A DNA stretch of 64,000 nucleotides, taken from an uncultured Gemmatimonadales bacterium. GTDB taxonomy: Bacteria; Gemmatimonadota; Gemmatimonadetes; Gemmatimonadales; GWC2-71-9. The stretch covers positions 1 through 64,000 of the forward strand of contig CAWGED010000019.1 of the NCBI GenBank assembly GCA_963821525.1, in the 5' to 3' direction. Each line of letters starts with the position of its first letter. Within the stretch, counting starts at the first letter, position 1. Positions 33,203 to 45,900 of this stretch are shown one piece after another. Under the pieces are notes generated by a model. It was not told where the DNA came from. It did not search any database and saw only the letters and a list, made by a program, of their open reading frames with translations. The translations under genes and the position numbers were made by a program.

Positions 33203-34554
33203 GCCTCAGGATCGAAGAGCTGCGGCTGGCGCTCGAGGAACTTGGTGTCGACCCGGCCGGCCACGAAGTCCGGGTGACGGATAACCCGGCCGAGGAATGG
33301 GATCGTAGTCGTAACGCCCTCGAGGACGAAGCTGTCGAGTGCCTGGCCCATCCGCGCGAGCGCCTCCTCGCGGTCGTTGCCATGGACGATCACCTTCGCC
33401 AGGAGAGAATCGTAATAGGGTGGGACGGTGTAGCCGGCGTAGATGTGGCTGTCCAGCCGCACGCCGGGCCCGCCCGGCGGATGGTAGGCGGTGATGACCC
33501 CGGGCGAAGGCTGGAAGTTGCGGTAGGGATCCTCGGCATTGATCCGGCACTCGATGGCGTGGCCGCGGAGCCGCGCCCCGTCGCCCCGGAAGCTGACCGG
33601 GTCGCCCGACGCCACCCGGATCTGCTCCTTCACCAGGTCGAAGCTGGTGACCATCTCCGTCACCGGGTGCTCCACCTGGATCCGGGTGTTCATCTCCATG
33701 AAGTAGAAGCTGCCGTCCTCGTCGAGCAGGAACTCGATGGTGCCCGCGCCGGCGTAGTGATCGCCGACGCGAGCCGGATCGCCGCCTCGCCCATGCGGGC
33801 CCTGAGCTCAGGAGTGAGGGCCGGACTCGGGCTCTCCTCGATCAGCTTCTGGTGCCGCCGCTGCACCGAGCAGTCCCGCTCCCCGAGGTGGACCACGTTG
33901 CCGTGCAGGTCGCCCATGACCTGGATTTCCACGTGCCGGGGCCGCGCCAGATACTTCTCGACGTACACCTCACCGTTTCCGAACGCCGCCAGCGCCTCGT
34001 TCTGCGCCAGCGAGAACGACTGGGCGAACTGCTCCGCTTCCTGCGCCACCCGCATTCCCTTGCCGCCGCCGCCCGCCGTCGCCTTGATGATCACCGGGAA
34101 TCCGATGGCCTCGACGTGCTCAGCGCCTCGTCGAGATCCTGGACCGTGCCTGGAGTTCCCGGCACGGTCGGCACGCCGGCTTCCTGGGCCAGGCGCTTGG
34201 CGGTGGCCTTGTCTCCCATCTGGCGGATCTGGTCGCCGGTGGGGCCGATGAAGGCGATGTTGGAGGCCTTGCAGGTGTCGGCGAACTCGGCGTTCTCGGC
34301 CAGAAAGCCGTAGCCGGGATGGATCGCGTCGGCGCCGGTGATTTCGGCCGCGGCGATCAGGTTGGGGATGCGAAGATAGGACAGCCGGCTGGGGGCGGGC
34401 CGATGCAGACATCGTCGTCCGCGAAGCGGACGTGCAGCGACTCGCGGTCGGCCTCGCTGTAGACCGCCACAGTCTCCACGCCCAGCTCCCGGCAGGCCCG
34501 AATGACCCGCAGGGCGATTTCCCCGCGGTTGGCAATCAGGACTTTCTTGAACAT
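33199..34554 (-). CDS. accC: acetyl-CoA carboxylase biotin carboxylase (frameshifted)
   Basis: [54 protein letters not shown] across three ORFs. Confidence 0.95.
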
Positions 34555-35735
34555 CAGGGTGCGATATCCTGGGAGATGTCCGCGTCAGGCTTCCCGCCCT
34601 CCGCGATGCCGCTGAAGGTCCGGTCGGAGGCGGCGCTGACGCCCGACGCGCGCAAGGCGAATTCGCTCGGATTGCTGGAGTAGAACAGCGCGCTCTCGTA
34701 GGAGATCACCTTGTCCCGGTACCACTTCATCAGCGACTGGTCGAACGACTGCATGCCGTAGGCCTCGGTGCCTTCCGCGATCAGATCGGGGATGTTGAGC
34801 GCCTTCTCGATGTCGCGGATGTTGTCGGCCACCGCGGCGGTGTTGATGAGCACCTCGGCCGCGGCGACCCGTCCCTTGCCGTCGCTGCGGGGAACCAGGC
34901 GAAGGCAGACAACGGCCTGCAGCGCGGTCGAAAGCAGCGAACGGATCTCCTGGTGCTGGTGCGGCGGATAGAAGGAGATCACCCGGTTGATCGTCTGAGT
35001 CGCGTCGGTCGTGTGCAGGGTCGAGAAGACCAGGTGGCCGGTGTCGGCCGCCTTGAGCGCCGTGTCCAGGGTTTCCATGTCGCGGATCTCGCCGATCAGG
35101 ATCACGTCCGGGTCCTGCCGCAGCACGTGGCGGAGCGCGGTGCCGAAAGACAGCGTGTCGCTCCCCACCTCGCGCTGCGAGATGTTGGCGTGCACGTCGC
35201 GGTGCAGGAACTCGATCGGGTCCTCGATCGTGATGACGTTGACCCGCCGGTTCTGGTTCACGTGGTTGATCATCGCGGCGAGCGCGGTGGACTTGCCCGA
35301 GCCGGTCACCCCGGTGACCAGCACGAGCCCGCGGGGCTTGAGGGCGATCTCCTCGAGCACCTCCGGGAGATGGAGCTCCCGGATCGTCTTGACCTCGTAC
35401 GGAATCGCGCGGAAGGCGAAGGCCAGCGTGCCGCGCTGCTGGTAGATGTTGGTCCGGAAGCGGCCCACGCCCGGCACGCCGATGGCGAAGTCCGCTTCCT
35501 TCTTCTCGGCGAACTCCTTCACCTGCCGCGGCGTCATGATCTGCTCGGCCAGCAGCTTCAGGTCTTCCGGCTTGAGGGGCGGCATGTCGAGGCCGGCGAG
35601 CTCGCCGTTGACCCGGATGGTCGGCGGGCGGCCCACCTTGAGCAGCAGGTCGGAGCCGTTCCGCTGCACCATCTGCGAAATGGCCTGCTTGAAATTGAAC
35701 GGCGCGACCGGGCCCGTCGCGGCGGCCTCAGCCAT
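34554..35735 (-). CDS. pilT: type IV pilus retraction ATPase PilT/PilU family
   Basis: [51 protein letters not shown]; start MAEAAATGP at 35735. Confidence 0.9.
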   Translation of the reverse strand: MAEAAATGPVAPFNFKQAISQMVQRNGSDLLLKVGRPPTIRVNGELAGLDMPPLKPEDLKLLAEQIMTPRQVKEFAEKKEADFAIGVPGVGRFRTNIYQQRGTLAFAFRAIPYEVKTIRELHLPEVLEEIALKPRGLVLVTGVTGSGKSTALAAMINHVNQNRRVNVITIEDPIEFLHRDVHANISQREVGSDTLSFGTALRHVLRQDPDVILIGEIRDMETLDTALKAADTGHLVFSTLHTTDATQTINRVISFYPPHQHQEIRSLLSTALQAVVCLRLVPRSDGKGRVAAAEVLINTAAVADNIRDIEKALNIPDLIAEGTEAYGMQSFDQSLMKWYRDKVISYESALFYSSNPSEFALRASGVSAASDRTFSGIAEGGKPDADISQDIAP

Positions 35736-36262
35736 TGGGATCCACCCGGAACAGCACGGTCCCGAACTCGACCGGTGGGCGTCGTCGAGACAGACTTCCC
35801 TCACCACGCCGGTGACCTCGGCCTCGATCTCGTTCATGATCTTCATCGCTTCGATGATGCAGACCGTCTGCCCGGCCGACACCCGGCTGCCGACCTTCAC
35901 GTAGGGCTCGGCGCCCGGCTCCGGCGCGCGGTAGAAGGTTCCCACCATCGGCGACTTGATTTCCTTGAGCGCGGCGGCCGCCGGCGCCGGCGGGCGCGGG
36001 ACTCCGCCGCCGCGGCGGCCGACCGGTGCCGGGCGCAGCGGCGCATCGGCATCGCCATCGGGGCCGATACCTGGACGGCATGATTGCCGGTCCGGGTGAT
36101 GAGAACCCCGGTGCCGAACCAGCCCTTCACTTCGATCGAGCCGATCTCCGGCGACTCCCGCAGCAGCTCGACCAGGTGCCGGACATCCTTGAGATCGATC
36201 GAACGGATGCCGGGCAGCTTGGTGAGCAGCTTGGCGAGATCGGTGGTTTCTTTGGTATTCAT
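35728..36262 (-). CDS. accB: biotin carboxyl carrier protein (frameshifted)
   Basis: IKSPMVGTFY, IIEAMKIMNEI, VEFGTVLFRV. Confidence 0.9.
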
Positions 36263-36286
36263 GGCCGTGAGTTGGCAGGTTGCGGT

Positions 36287-37380
36287 TCAGACCAGCTCGA
36301 CCAGCTCGACCCGGTTGTCCGACAGGAGCTCGGTCCCGTCTCCGGTCACCAGTGCGTCGTCTTCCAGCCGAACCCCGCCCCACTCGGGAAGATAGATCCC
36401 GGGCTCGACAGTTACCACCGCGCCCGGCGGTAGGGCGGTCTGTCCGCGTCGGCCCTACCCGGGGCGCCTCGTGCACCTCGAGCCCCAGGCCGTGCCCCAG
36501 CGAATGCCCGAAGGCCTCTCCGAAGCCTGCCGCGACGATGACTTCGCGGGCCAGGCGTCGGCCTCGCGGCCGGTGAGGCCGGCGCGAATTCCATTGAGCG
36601 CCCGTCGCTGCGCGCTAGCGACGGTGTCGTAAACCAGTCGTTGCCGCTGATCGGCCCGGGCCCCGACCACCACCGTCCTGGTCAGGTCGGCACAGTATCC
36701 GTCCACCTGGGCGCCGAAGTCAAGCAGGAGGCACTCTCCCGCCTGCGATGGTCCGCTCGCTGGTGCGGGCATGGGGCAGCGCGGCCCGCGGCCCCGACGC
36801 CACGATGGTCGGGAACGGATGCCACTCGCTCCCCCTCCTGCGCAGCGCGGCCTCGAGCAGCGCCGCCACCGCGAGTTCCTGCTGTCCTGCTGTAATCTCC
36901 CGGCAGCACCTCGCTCAGCGCGGCCTGGGCTAGCTCCGCGGCCCGACGGATCGCCTGCACTTCGCCGGGGTCCTTTACCAGCCGGAGCTGCTCGACCAGG
37001 TCGCTGACCGGCTCCCACTGCGCTGTGCTCGCATCGCGACGATTCGCTCGCCATCGCGCACCGTGGCGACGTGCGCCTCGAAACCCAGCTCGCTCCGTGG
37101 TTCGCTTCGCGCACCACGCTTGACGAGCCGGTCCCAGGCGCTGACCTGGTCGATCTCGACTCGGGCGCGCAGTCCCCGCCTCGCTCGGGGCCTGCGTCGC
37201 GTAGCGGAAATCGGTGATGAGGGCGGCGCCGGACGCCCGGATCAGCAGCAGCGCCGACGAGCCGGTGAACCCTGTGAGGTAGCGGATGTTTGCTAGCGAC
37301 AGCACCAGCAGCCCATCGAGTCCTGCCGCAGCAAGCCGCGCCCGCAGGGCGCCCTGGCGGGTCTCCCGGCGGTCAGCCAC
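36287..37380 (-). CDS. Xaa-Pro aminopeptidase (M24B), heavily frameshifted
   Basis: [61 protein letters not shown] in different frames. Confidence 0.85.
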
Positions 37381-37813
37381 CACGGAGCCGCGCACACCAG
37401 CGCCTGCAGCGCGAGGAGGTAGCCCAGCGGGCCGAATCCGGCGACGACGCCGAGGGCGAGATCCGCCAGCCGGGAGTGCCGCCGCTCCGGTTCGCGCGCA
37501 AAAATGTTCGAGAGATGCACTTCCACGAACGGCACTTTGACGGCCAGGAATGCGTCGCGGATCGCGAGGCTGGTGTGGGTGAAGGCCGCGGCATTGACCA
37601 GCGCGCCCTCCGCCTGTCCCCGTAGCCCCTGCACCGCGTCGACGAAATCTCCCTTCGTGATTGGTCTGGTGCCACTCTAGTCGAGACGCCGAGCCGGCGC
37701 AGCCTCATCCCGCACCATTTTCTCGAGCTCCGCCAGCGTGGTCGTCCGTACAGCTCCGGCTCTCGCGCACCCAGCAGATTGAGATTCGGGCCGTTCAGAA
37801 CGGCGATGTGCAT
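37373..37813 (-). CDS. aroQ: type II 3-dehydroquinate dehydratase (frameshifted)
   Basis: [39 protein letters not shown]. Confidence 0.93.
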   Translation of the reverse strand: MHIAVLNGPNLNLLGAREPELYGRPRWRSSRKWCGMRLRRLGVSTRVAPDQSRREISSTRCRGYGDRRRARWSMPRPSPTPASRSATHSWPSKCRSWKCISRTFLRANRSGGTPGWRISPSASSPDSARWATSSRCRRWCARLRGG

Positions 37814-39728
37814 TCACTTCTTGAGACTCTTCAGCCAGTTCTGGAACTGGTCGAGATCTTCTTCCAGGCCGGAGGGCTGGAGTAGTCCGGCCCGACGACT
37901 GCGAGCCGGCTCCCCTGAGCGTCCTTTCCACCGAAGAACTGATCGAAGGAGAAAGCGTGACCCGTCGTAGGCGTTGAGGCCGAGGGCGGAGCAGGCGGGG
38001 TCGCGGGTGGCGGCTGGGTGCTTTCCTCGCCGAAGATGGCGCTGAGCGACAAGGCGTCGTTCGCCGGCCGGGTCGGCGCGCCGGGCGATTGATCATCCGC
38101 TTGCGGCTCGGCACTCGGCCGCGACGCGGGCTCGGCCAGGCCACCGAGGGCCGCGGGACGGGCGGCGGCGAGAGAGTGGAAGAAAGATTCCACCGATTCG
38201 CCACCCGTGACCGAAGCGGAGTAGGCCGGCCATCTCGCAGTTGCGGGCTCGCTGCCGGCTCCCACCAATGATTCGAGCTCCCGGATCTTCGCCTCCAGCC
38301 GATGATCGCCCGGCATCTGCTCCAACAACCGCCGATAGACATGAAGCGCCTGATCGTTCAGACCCTGGCGGTGGTAGGTCTCGGCCATGCTCTCGGTGAA
38401 GATCGGCTCCGGCTCGGTCGGGGTTTCGTCCGGGTGGGAGATCCGGCGACTGCGCGGCGGAGCTTCCTGTGCTGCATCATCGGGAAAAATAAGTGGGAGC
38501 TTGTCGGAGCGCTCTTCGACTGCGGCCGCCGGTGCCGAAAGGTCGATTACTTCCCCCTCGACGACCTCCTCTGTCTTCCGCCGGCGGCGTCTCGTCTACC
38601 GGCGGCAGCATGACGGTCTCTTCCATCGCCGCGGCGTCGGCCGGCGCGAGATCTCGAGCCGGATCCGAGGCATTCTGATATTCCCCGCCGCCACCGCTTG
38701 CGCCGAGGAGGTCCTCGGTTCCGCTGGGCGTCTGAAACTCGTTGGAGGGCGAGGCAGACATCGCAAGCTCGGACGAAGCGTCCGGAACCTGGAATTCGGA
38801 GGAGGTGGAGGGCTGTACGTCCAGCAGGTCGTTCGAATGGTCCGTCGGCTGGAACTCCGAACTAACCGCGGGACGAATATAGATTTGCGAAGGCTCCTCG
38901 TGACTGAGCACTTCGATACCGAGGTCGGCCGGCGGGTCTGAATTCATCGTCCCGTTGCAGGTCGGTCAGCGGCGTGAGTGATGCCGTCTCCGCCGCTGCC
39001 GCCGCATTGAACTCGACCGACTCGACGCCGGCCATCGGTTCCGGCGCCGTGGTCCCGAATTCCGCCGAGGGGAGAAGGTCACTCTCCTCGAAGGGGACGC
39101 TCTCATGGCTCGACTCCAGAGGCGCTGAAGTATCTGGCTCGGGAGGCGAGTACTCGGCGGGAGAATCGAAAGTCGGAGTGGGGACGGTCTCTACGACGAG
39201 AGCGTCGTCATCCTCGATGGGCTCCGGCACCGGTTCATCGAGCGCCGCGTCCTGGAGTACCGGTTCTTCTGGCGGGGATACTTCGGCAATCGGCTCGGCA
39301 GATATGACGAGAGCGGCCTCCTGCTGCATCCCTTCGACCCTCTTCAGCTGGTCCCGAGCATCGTCGTTGGTGGGATCCACCTGCATCAAGCGGCCCAGCC
39401 ATTGGGACGCTTCCGCCAGCCTGCCTTGCCGCTCGGTGATATCTCCCAGTGCCTTGAGCGCGATAACGTTTTCCGGATCCAGCTCCAACACATGCGAGAA
39501 CGCCGCCTCGGCCCCGCCTTCATCGCCCATGTCGAGGCAGCAACGCCCTAGAACGATGTTTCCGGGAATGTGGTCAGGATTATTTACCAGGCCCTGCTGG
39601 AGCACCTCACGGGCCCGTTCCAGCTGCCCGTCCTTGCGGTAGACCTCCGCCAGCGGCGCGAAAACGGTCCCCTGTGGATTCTCTTTCCAACGGCGCTCGA
39701 GCTTGTCGATCTCGCTGGTGTAAGCCAT
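37814..39728 (-). CDS. TPR protein with long acidic/proline-rich linker (frameshifted)
   Basis: N-terminal TPRs (FAPLAEVYRK), TESMAETYHRQG, C-terminal DLDQFQNWLKSLKK*. Confidence 0.7.
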
Positions 39729-39898
39729 CCGGGGCCCTATGCCTAAGTTGTTGTGGTAATTGAACAAACATTAGCAACCCACTGCGGGGCTGTCAACTCT
39801 TGGAGGGGGCGCAGCCGCTTGAGATTCGGGGTTCTCCGGCGTAGACTTAGCCCTCTTTTTTCGGGTTGCCTCCGACTACTGGAGCAGGTTACCGCCGT

Positions 39899-41754
39899 AT
39901 GATGAAATTCTTCCGCAGTGTGGGTGGCAAAATCGCCGCGTTCGTGTTCGCGGTGCTGATGTTCATCTTCGTCGTCACCTCAGTGGATTGGAGCCAGATC
40001 ACCGGCGGCTCCCGTTCCACGGTCGGGGTGATCAACGGCGTCTCGGTTCCGGTCAACGCCTACCAGGCGATCCTGCAACAGGCCATCGACGCCCGCCAGC
40101 GGCAGAGCAGCTCCTCCCTTTCGGCCGACGATATCGAGGAAATCCGAAATCAGGTGTGGGAAAACCTGATCCAGGAACAGGTCATGAGCTCGGAGTTCAA
40201 ACGCCGCCACATCAGCGCCGACGCCGAGGAGATCGCAGAAGCGATCAAGAACAGCCCGCCGCAGGAACTCACGAACGTGCCGGAGTTCCAGACTGAGGGG
40301 AAGTTCGATCTGGCGAAATACCAGCGGTGGCTCAACTCCAGCATCGGCAGGCAGTACATCCCGCAGCTCGAGGCGCAGTATCGCGAAGAGATCATGCGGG
40401 GCAAGCTGCTGAGGGTCGTGACGGCCGATGTGTACCTCTCCGACGGGGCGCTGTGGCAGTCGTATCGGGACGCTCATGAGACTGTGACGATGCAGCTCAC
40501 CGCGGTGGTGCCCCGTGACGTGGTGCCCGATTCGGCGGTCCCGCTGACCGAGGCGGAGGTCAAGAAGTATTACGACGATCACCTCGAGCAGTTCCGGCAG
40601 CCCACGACCGTGTACCTGAGCTACGTCCAGATCTCCCGTCTGCCCGTCGCGAGCGATTCGGCCACGGCCCTGGCTCGCGCCGAAGAGATCCGCAAGGAGA
40701 TCCACGACGGAGCGCCCTTCGCCGAGGTAGCCAAGCGGGAGTCCTCCGACACCGTGAGCGGCGCCAAGGGCGGCGACCTCGGTGAGTTCAAGAAGGGCGC
40801 AGATGGATCCGGCCTTCGAAAAGGCCGCCTTCAGCCTGCCCATCGGCGCGCTTTCCAATCCGGTCCTGTCCAGCTTCGGCTATCACATCATCCAGATCGA
40901 ATCGCGTTCGGGAGACAAGGCCAAGGGCCGCCACATCCTGATTCCGATCGAGGTCACGGGGGATCATCGCGATCACCTCGATGCTCAGGCCGACAGCCTG
41001 GAATCGCTCGGTGCCGATCGGCTCGATCCGGCCGCGCTCGATACGGTCTCCCGAGTCATGGGACTCAAGATTGGCCGTGCCAATCCCACCCAGATCGGGA
41101 GCAAGGTGATGATCGGGATGCAGGTGATTCCCGAGGCCGCAGTCTGGGCCTTCAAGGCCAAGCAGGGGGAGACCAGCCGGGTTATCGAGTTGAGCTACGC
41201 CTACATGCTCTTCCGCCTGGACAGCCTGCATGCCGATCGAGTACCGCCCCTCGACCAGATCCACGGTGCGGTGGAAATCGCGGCGCGCAACGCCAAGAAG
41301 CCGGAGATGGCCAAGGCTGTCGTCAACGATATGAGCAAACGGTTGGCGGAGGGCAGTACGCTCGAGCAGGCCTCCAAGGCGCTTCACTTGCCCTTCCAGC
41401 AGTTACCGCCCTTCGCCCGGGTCAATCCTCCGTTCCCCAGCGCGATTCTGGTCGGGGCGGCGTTTGGAGTGGACACCGGCAAGGTGGCCGGCCCGATCGA
41501 AACGGACGAGGGTACCTACTTCCTGAAGGTCGTGAAGCGGGTCAAGGCGGATTCCGCGGCGTACGTTGCTGACCTGAATCAATTCAAGATCCAGCAGGTT
41601 CGCCTGGCCCGGCAGGATCGGGTCCGGAGCTATCTCGCCGCCTTGCGGGAGAACGCGAAGGTGGATGATCGCCGGGCGCGGATCTTCACGACCGATGCGC
41701 AGGCCGAGGCGGCTCAAGCAGCCCAGGCAGCTACAGACTGGCAAGAAGCTCTGA
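39899..41754 (+). CDS. SurA/PpiD-like peptidyl-prolyl isomerase (frameshift near 40800)
   Basis: N-terminal TM, SurA-N-like region, rotamase motifs FAEVAKRESSD..GGDLG / FEKAAF..FGYHII; end approximate. Confidence 0.85.
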
Positions 41755-41775
41755 TCGAAACTGATCGGCAAACAG

Positions 41776-41807
41776 AAAGGCCCCGGGACTTCCCGGGGCC
41801 TTCTTTT
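41776..41807. terminator. bidirectional intrinsic terminator
   Basis: aaa-ggccccggga-ct-tcccggggcc-ttctttt between convergent genes. Confidence 0.85.
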
Positions 41808-41830
41808 CGGGCTCGCGGCCTGACGATCGC

Positions 41831-42083
41831 CTACTGGCTCAGGCGCTTGGGATCGCCACCCGAAGGCGGGGTCGAGACCTTCGAGTCGATCTGGCGCGAT
41901 CCGCCATTGCGATCGGGCTCGTTGCCGGTGATGGCGTCGTTGGTATCGCTCAGGCTCCGCTTGAACTCACGGATTCCCTTGCCGAACGACGCGCCGATCT
42001 CGGGCAGGCGCTTGGCGCCGAACAAGGAGTAGAACGGCCACGAGGATGAGCAGCAGCTCGGGGAAACCGATGTTATTGAACAT
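41831..42083 (-). CDS. tatA: TatA/E translocase subunit (frameshift near 42030)
   Basis: MFNNIGFPELLLIL..LFGAKRLPEIGASFGKGIREFK. Confidence 0.9.
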
Positions 42084-42097
42084 GGCGACTCCAGCAC

Positions 42098-42370
42098 CTA
42101 GAAGAGGGAGCGGGCGATCAGATAGGCCACCAGCACGCCAACCAGCGCCAGGAACGACACATGGAGCCCCAACGGCCCCAACGTCAAATTAATCACCAGG
42201 AGGTCAATCGACACCGGCCCGATTGACGGGCTCCAGGTGGCGGTGAACACGGTCTTGGCGACGCTGTCCGGAACCACTTCCCTGATGAGCGCGGTAAAGA
42301 ACCCGCCCACGATGAATCCGGCGACGAGCACGCCAAGATAGAAGCCCGGCCGCCTCGGTCCACTGGCCAT
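42098..42370 (-). CDS. small membrane protein (DUF4321-like)
   Basis: MASGPRRPGFYLGVLVAG..IDLLVINLTLG; TM segments. Confidence 0.6.
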   Translation of the reverse strand: MASGPRRPGFYLGVLVAGFIVGGFFTALIREVVPDSVAKTVFTATWSPSIGPVSIDLLVINLTLGPLGLHVSFLALVGVLVAYLIARSLF

Positions 42371-43364
42371 CAGCGCCGGCGGTCGAGCACGTAGGTGATA
42401 CTGGCGCGCAGCGCGTCCCGGGCCGGGCCGGCGGGCAGCGCATCGAGCTCGCGACTCGGCCTGCTCCGCCAGGCTCTGGGCACGTTCCCGCGCATACTCG
42501 AGGCCGCCGATTTCCGCCACCAGGCCGACGACGTCGGCGATCTGGTCATCGCTCGGTTCGGGGGTCTCCATGAGACGCTCGACTTGTTTTCGGGCACTCG
42601 GGTCCATTCGCTCCAGCGCGAAGATCAGCGGCAGGGTCACCTTGTGCTCCCGCAGGTCGGACCCGGACGGTTTGCCGGTGACCGATGTGTCGCCGACGTA
42701 GTCGAGCAGATCGTCGATCGATCTGGAACGCCATGCCCGAGGTACTCGCCGAAACGCCGCAGCGCCTGCCGCTCCGCCGGCTCGCGCCCTGAGCGCGCCC
42801 ACCTCGCAGGCTCCCGAAAGCAGCGACGCCGTCTTCGAGCGAATCAGCAGATCGTACTCCTGCCTCGGAGAAAGCCAGCGGCTCGTGCGCCATGAGCTGC
42901 CGCATTTCACCGACCGTCATCTCATTGGTCACCCGGCTCAGCACTCGCAGCGGCTCGAGATCTCCAGCCGGACCAGCTCGATCACCGCGCGCGAATAGAG
43001 ATAGTCGCCCATGATCACCGAGATCTGGTGACTGAACAGGGCGTTGATGGTCGGCATGCCGCGACGCAGCACCGAGTGATCCACCGAATCGTCGTGCACC
43101 AGCGTCGCGAGGTGGATCAGCTCGATCACCGCCGCCAGGGTCGGCGCGCGCGGATCCTGCGACGGCGGACGCCTCTTCGGAGAGCAACAGCAGCGTCGGC
43201 CGGAACATCTTGCCCTGCATCTGCAGCAGGTGGCCGTTCACCTCGGCGATGAGGCCGAAGTCGCTCTCGATGATCCGGCGCAACTCCCGCTGCACCGTCT
43301 CCAGCCTCGTCCGGAGCGGTGCCTGCAGACTTGCCAGCGTGACTGGCGCAGTTCCCGATGTCAT
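42370..43364 (-). CDS. polyprenyl diphosphate synthase (frameshifted)
   Basis: GKMFRP, HLATLVHDDSVD..RRG, GDYL, KTASL, DDLLD, GKPSGSDLREHK. Confidence 0.9.
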
Positions 43365-45829
43365 CGGCTGCCCGCCAGGCGCGCTGCATGCGGTTTCCCG
43401 CATCCATGGAATCGGATATCCACCGCCAACACTCGTTCGTAGCAGGGCGAGCGCCGTCATCGACCTTCCCCTGCTCTTCCCGCGCCCGGCCGAGCCAGTA
43501 CGAGCAGCCCGATCTGCTCCTCGTCGCTCGCACCCAGGCTCTCCACGGCGCGGCGGAGGATGGCCTCGGCGATCGCGAACTGCTTCTTGTCGAAGAACGC
43601 GGTGCCCAGTGCTTCGGAGGTCCGTAGTCTGCCTTCGGGAGCCCGCAGCGCTTTCTGGAACTCGGCGATTGCTTCGTCCAGCAGGCCCATCTCCTTGAAC
43701 GCGACGCCGAGGTCATAGTGGGCCTGGAAGTCGTCGGCGTCGATGTTCTCATCCACGCCGCGCTTGAACTGGGTGAGCATCTCCTGGAAATCCTTCTGCT
43801 CATCCCCGGTAGGCTCCTCGTCCTCGACCCGCATGCGGAGATCCCGCGGCCGGTCGTCATCGAGAACGAGCGAACCGAGATCCACGAAGTCGCTGCTCGG
43901 GGCAAACATCGGAGCCGACAAGCGGGGAGCCCGGCGCTCCTCGGGCTCATCAGACTCGGCCAGTTCGTCTTCGGTAGCCTCCTGGATGTCGATCTCGCCC
44001 TCGGGCTCTTCCGCCTCGAGACCCGCCTGGGCAGGCGGCGCTTCTTCCGGCGGAGCGAGGGAATCCAGCGCGGCCTGTGCCCGGGCATTCTCCGGGTCAT
44101 GGTCAACCACTCGCCGGTAAACCGCCACCGCTTTATCCAGAGCACCGACCCGCATCAGCGCATCGCCCAGCTCCACATAGGCGTCGAGCAGACGAGTCCG
44201 GTCGCCGCCACGGAATGCCAGCTCCACCCGCTTCTGGTGATAGCGCACGCCGCTCGGATCCAGCCGGATAAGCTCACTCACCAGATCCGAGGCGTGATCC
44301 CAGTCCTCCACGGTTCTCGTAGGCAGAGAGAGCCAGCTCGAGTTCTTCCTGCCCTCGCGGTGATTCGCCGGCGGCGAGCAGTGCTTCGCCGAGCGCCCGG
44401 TGAGTATCCGGATTGTCGGGATCCTCGAGGACCTGATCCTCGAGCTCGTCAACCGTCAGCTGGCGGGCCTCCGGGACCTCGAGGAAGTCAACCTCGGAAC
44501 CGGTTTCCTCCACTTCGACCGGCTCCTCCGCACTCAGAGTCCGCGAGGGGAAGTCTTCCGTGGGGATGGACGTGAGCGGCGCATCGGGATCGATCAGATC
44601 GAGACCGAGTCCTTCATCTTCCGCGGACTCCTCCGTCACGGGCAATTCCTGAAGGTCCAGAGCCAGATCGTCGGTGAGATCGGGAGTTTCCCCGAGGCCT
44701 TCGGGCGCGATCAGGTCCAACTCGGAGGATGTGATGTTCTCGACTTCCTCCTCGGCGTCGAGATTGCGCTCGATGCCAGGTCCGGCGCGAGCTCGATGTC
44801 CACCGTATCGGGCAGTGGCGCGTCGATCTCCAGCCCATCGAGCGGCTTGACCGGTCGGCCGAAGACTCCTCGGCGATGGTCGGTTCGAACCCGAGGGTCT
44901 GGGCGACCTCGAGGTGCGTCATTTCCATCTGTGCTTCGTCGCTGATCGGCTGGACCGACTCCAGCGTCAGCGGAACGTCGGTGAGACTCGAGGTCTCGAT
45001 GCCGATCTGCTGCTTCTCGGCCGCAGCCTCGTCCGGCATGTCCATCTTGGGCAACGAGGGCGTCCGCTCGACGATCCGGGTCGTCGCTTCCACGCCTCGA
45101 GCGGGGACTTCCGGCCGACGCTGGGCCGACGATGCGACCCGCCGGCGTCGCCCCCGGTATCGAGGAATACGAGCTCGCCGGGCTTGGGCCGGGACGGCGC
45201 TTTCGGAGTGGCGTCGGATTCTTCGGCGTCCAGGGCCTGGAGCCGCGCGAGCGTCTTGCGCGCGCCCTGCGTGTCTCCCCTGGCCTCGAGGTCGCTCGCC
45301 AGCTTCTCCAGCTGCTCACGCGCTTCCTCGAAGCGGTCCGAGGCGCCGAAGCAACTCGCTCAGCATCAGCCGAATTTCTTTATTGCTGGGGAACTGGTCG
45401 GCGAAATCCTTCACGGACTTGAACGCCTGGTCAAGCTGACCCAGCGCATTCATCCGTTCGAGGTACTCGAGCAGGTTTTTCTTGGCTTCGATGACGACGT
45501 TCTTGCGGGCGTGGAGGTGGGCCAGGGTGAGGTAGGTCTGAATCCGGCCCGGATTGACCCGCAGGATCTTGCCGCAGAGCGCGATGGCGTTGTTGAAGAA
45601 CCCTGTTCCTTGTAGAGGTCGACCGCTCGTTCGTAGGCCTGAACCGCGGCCCCGGTTCGTTGGCCTTGAGGTAGAGGTCGCCGACACGGTTGTAGATCGC
45701 GAGGTCCGGGGCGGGATCTGCCCCGGCCTCGAACTCCCGGATGGCCTGCTGGTAGACATCGATGGCCCGCCGCCACTCTTCCTTCTGCTCGAATTTCCGG
45801 GCCGTTTCCTTCAGCTTCTCGAAGTTCAT
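43361..45829 (-). CDS. large TPR protein with acidic linker (frameshifted)
   Basis: MNFEKLKETARKFEQK..YNRVGDLY; C-terminal AHYDLGVAFKEMGLLDEAIAEFQKA. Confidence 0.7.
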
Positions 45830-45900
45830 CCGGCTCGGCGAGTGGGAAGGGTACAAAGCTAGGGAATCTGTCACTTAGAAGATACGAGTGGCCCTGAGGG

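Noticed and set aside
34554..36476. 640-aa AccB-PilT fusion ORF
   Set aside because: The AccB C-terminus ([14 protein letters not shown]) is in another frame ending at 35728 and PilT has its own ATG at 35735; frameshift artefact
33199..37813. Pseudogenisation or programmed frameshifting of accC, accB and aroQ
   Set aside because: Essential genes with scattered indels and no slippery-site pattern; sequencing error is the simpler explanation
42098..42910. Prenyl synthase-membrane protein fusion ORF
   Set aside because: The synthase C-terminus (YVLDRRR*) is in another frame with a TGATG overlap at 42370; artefact
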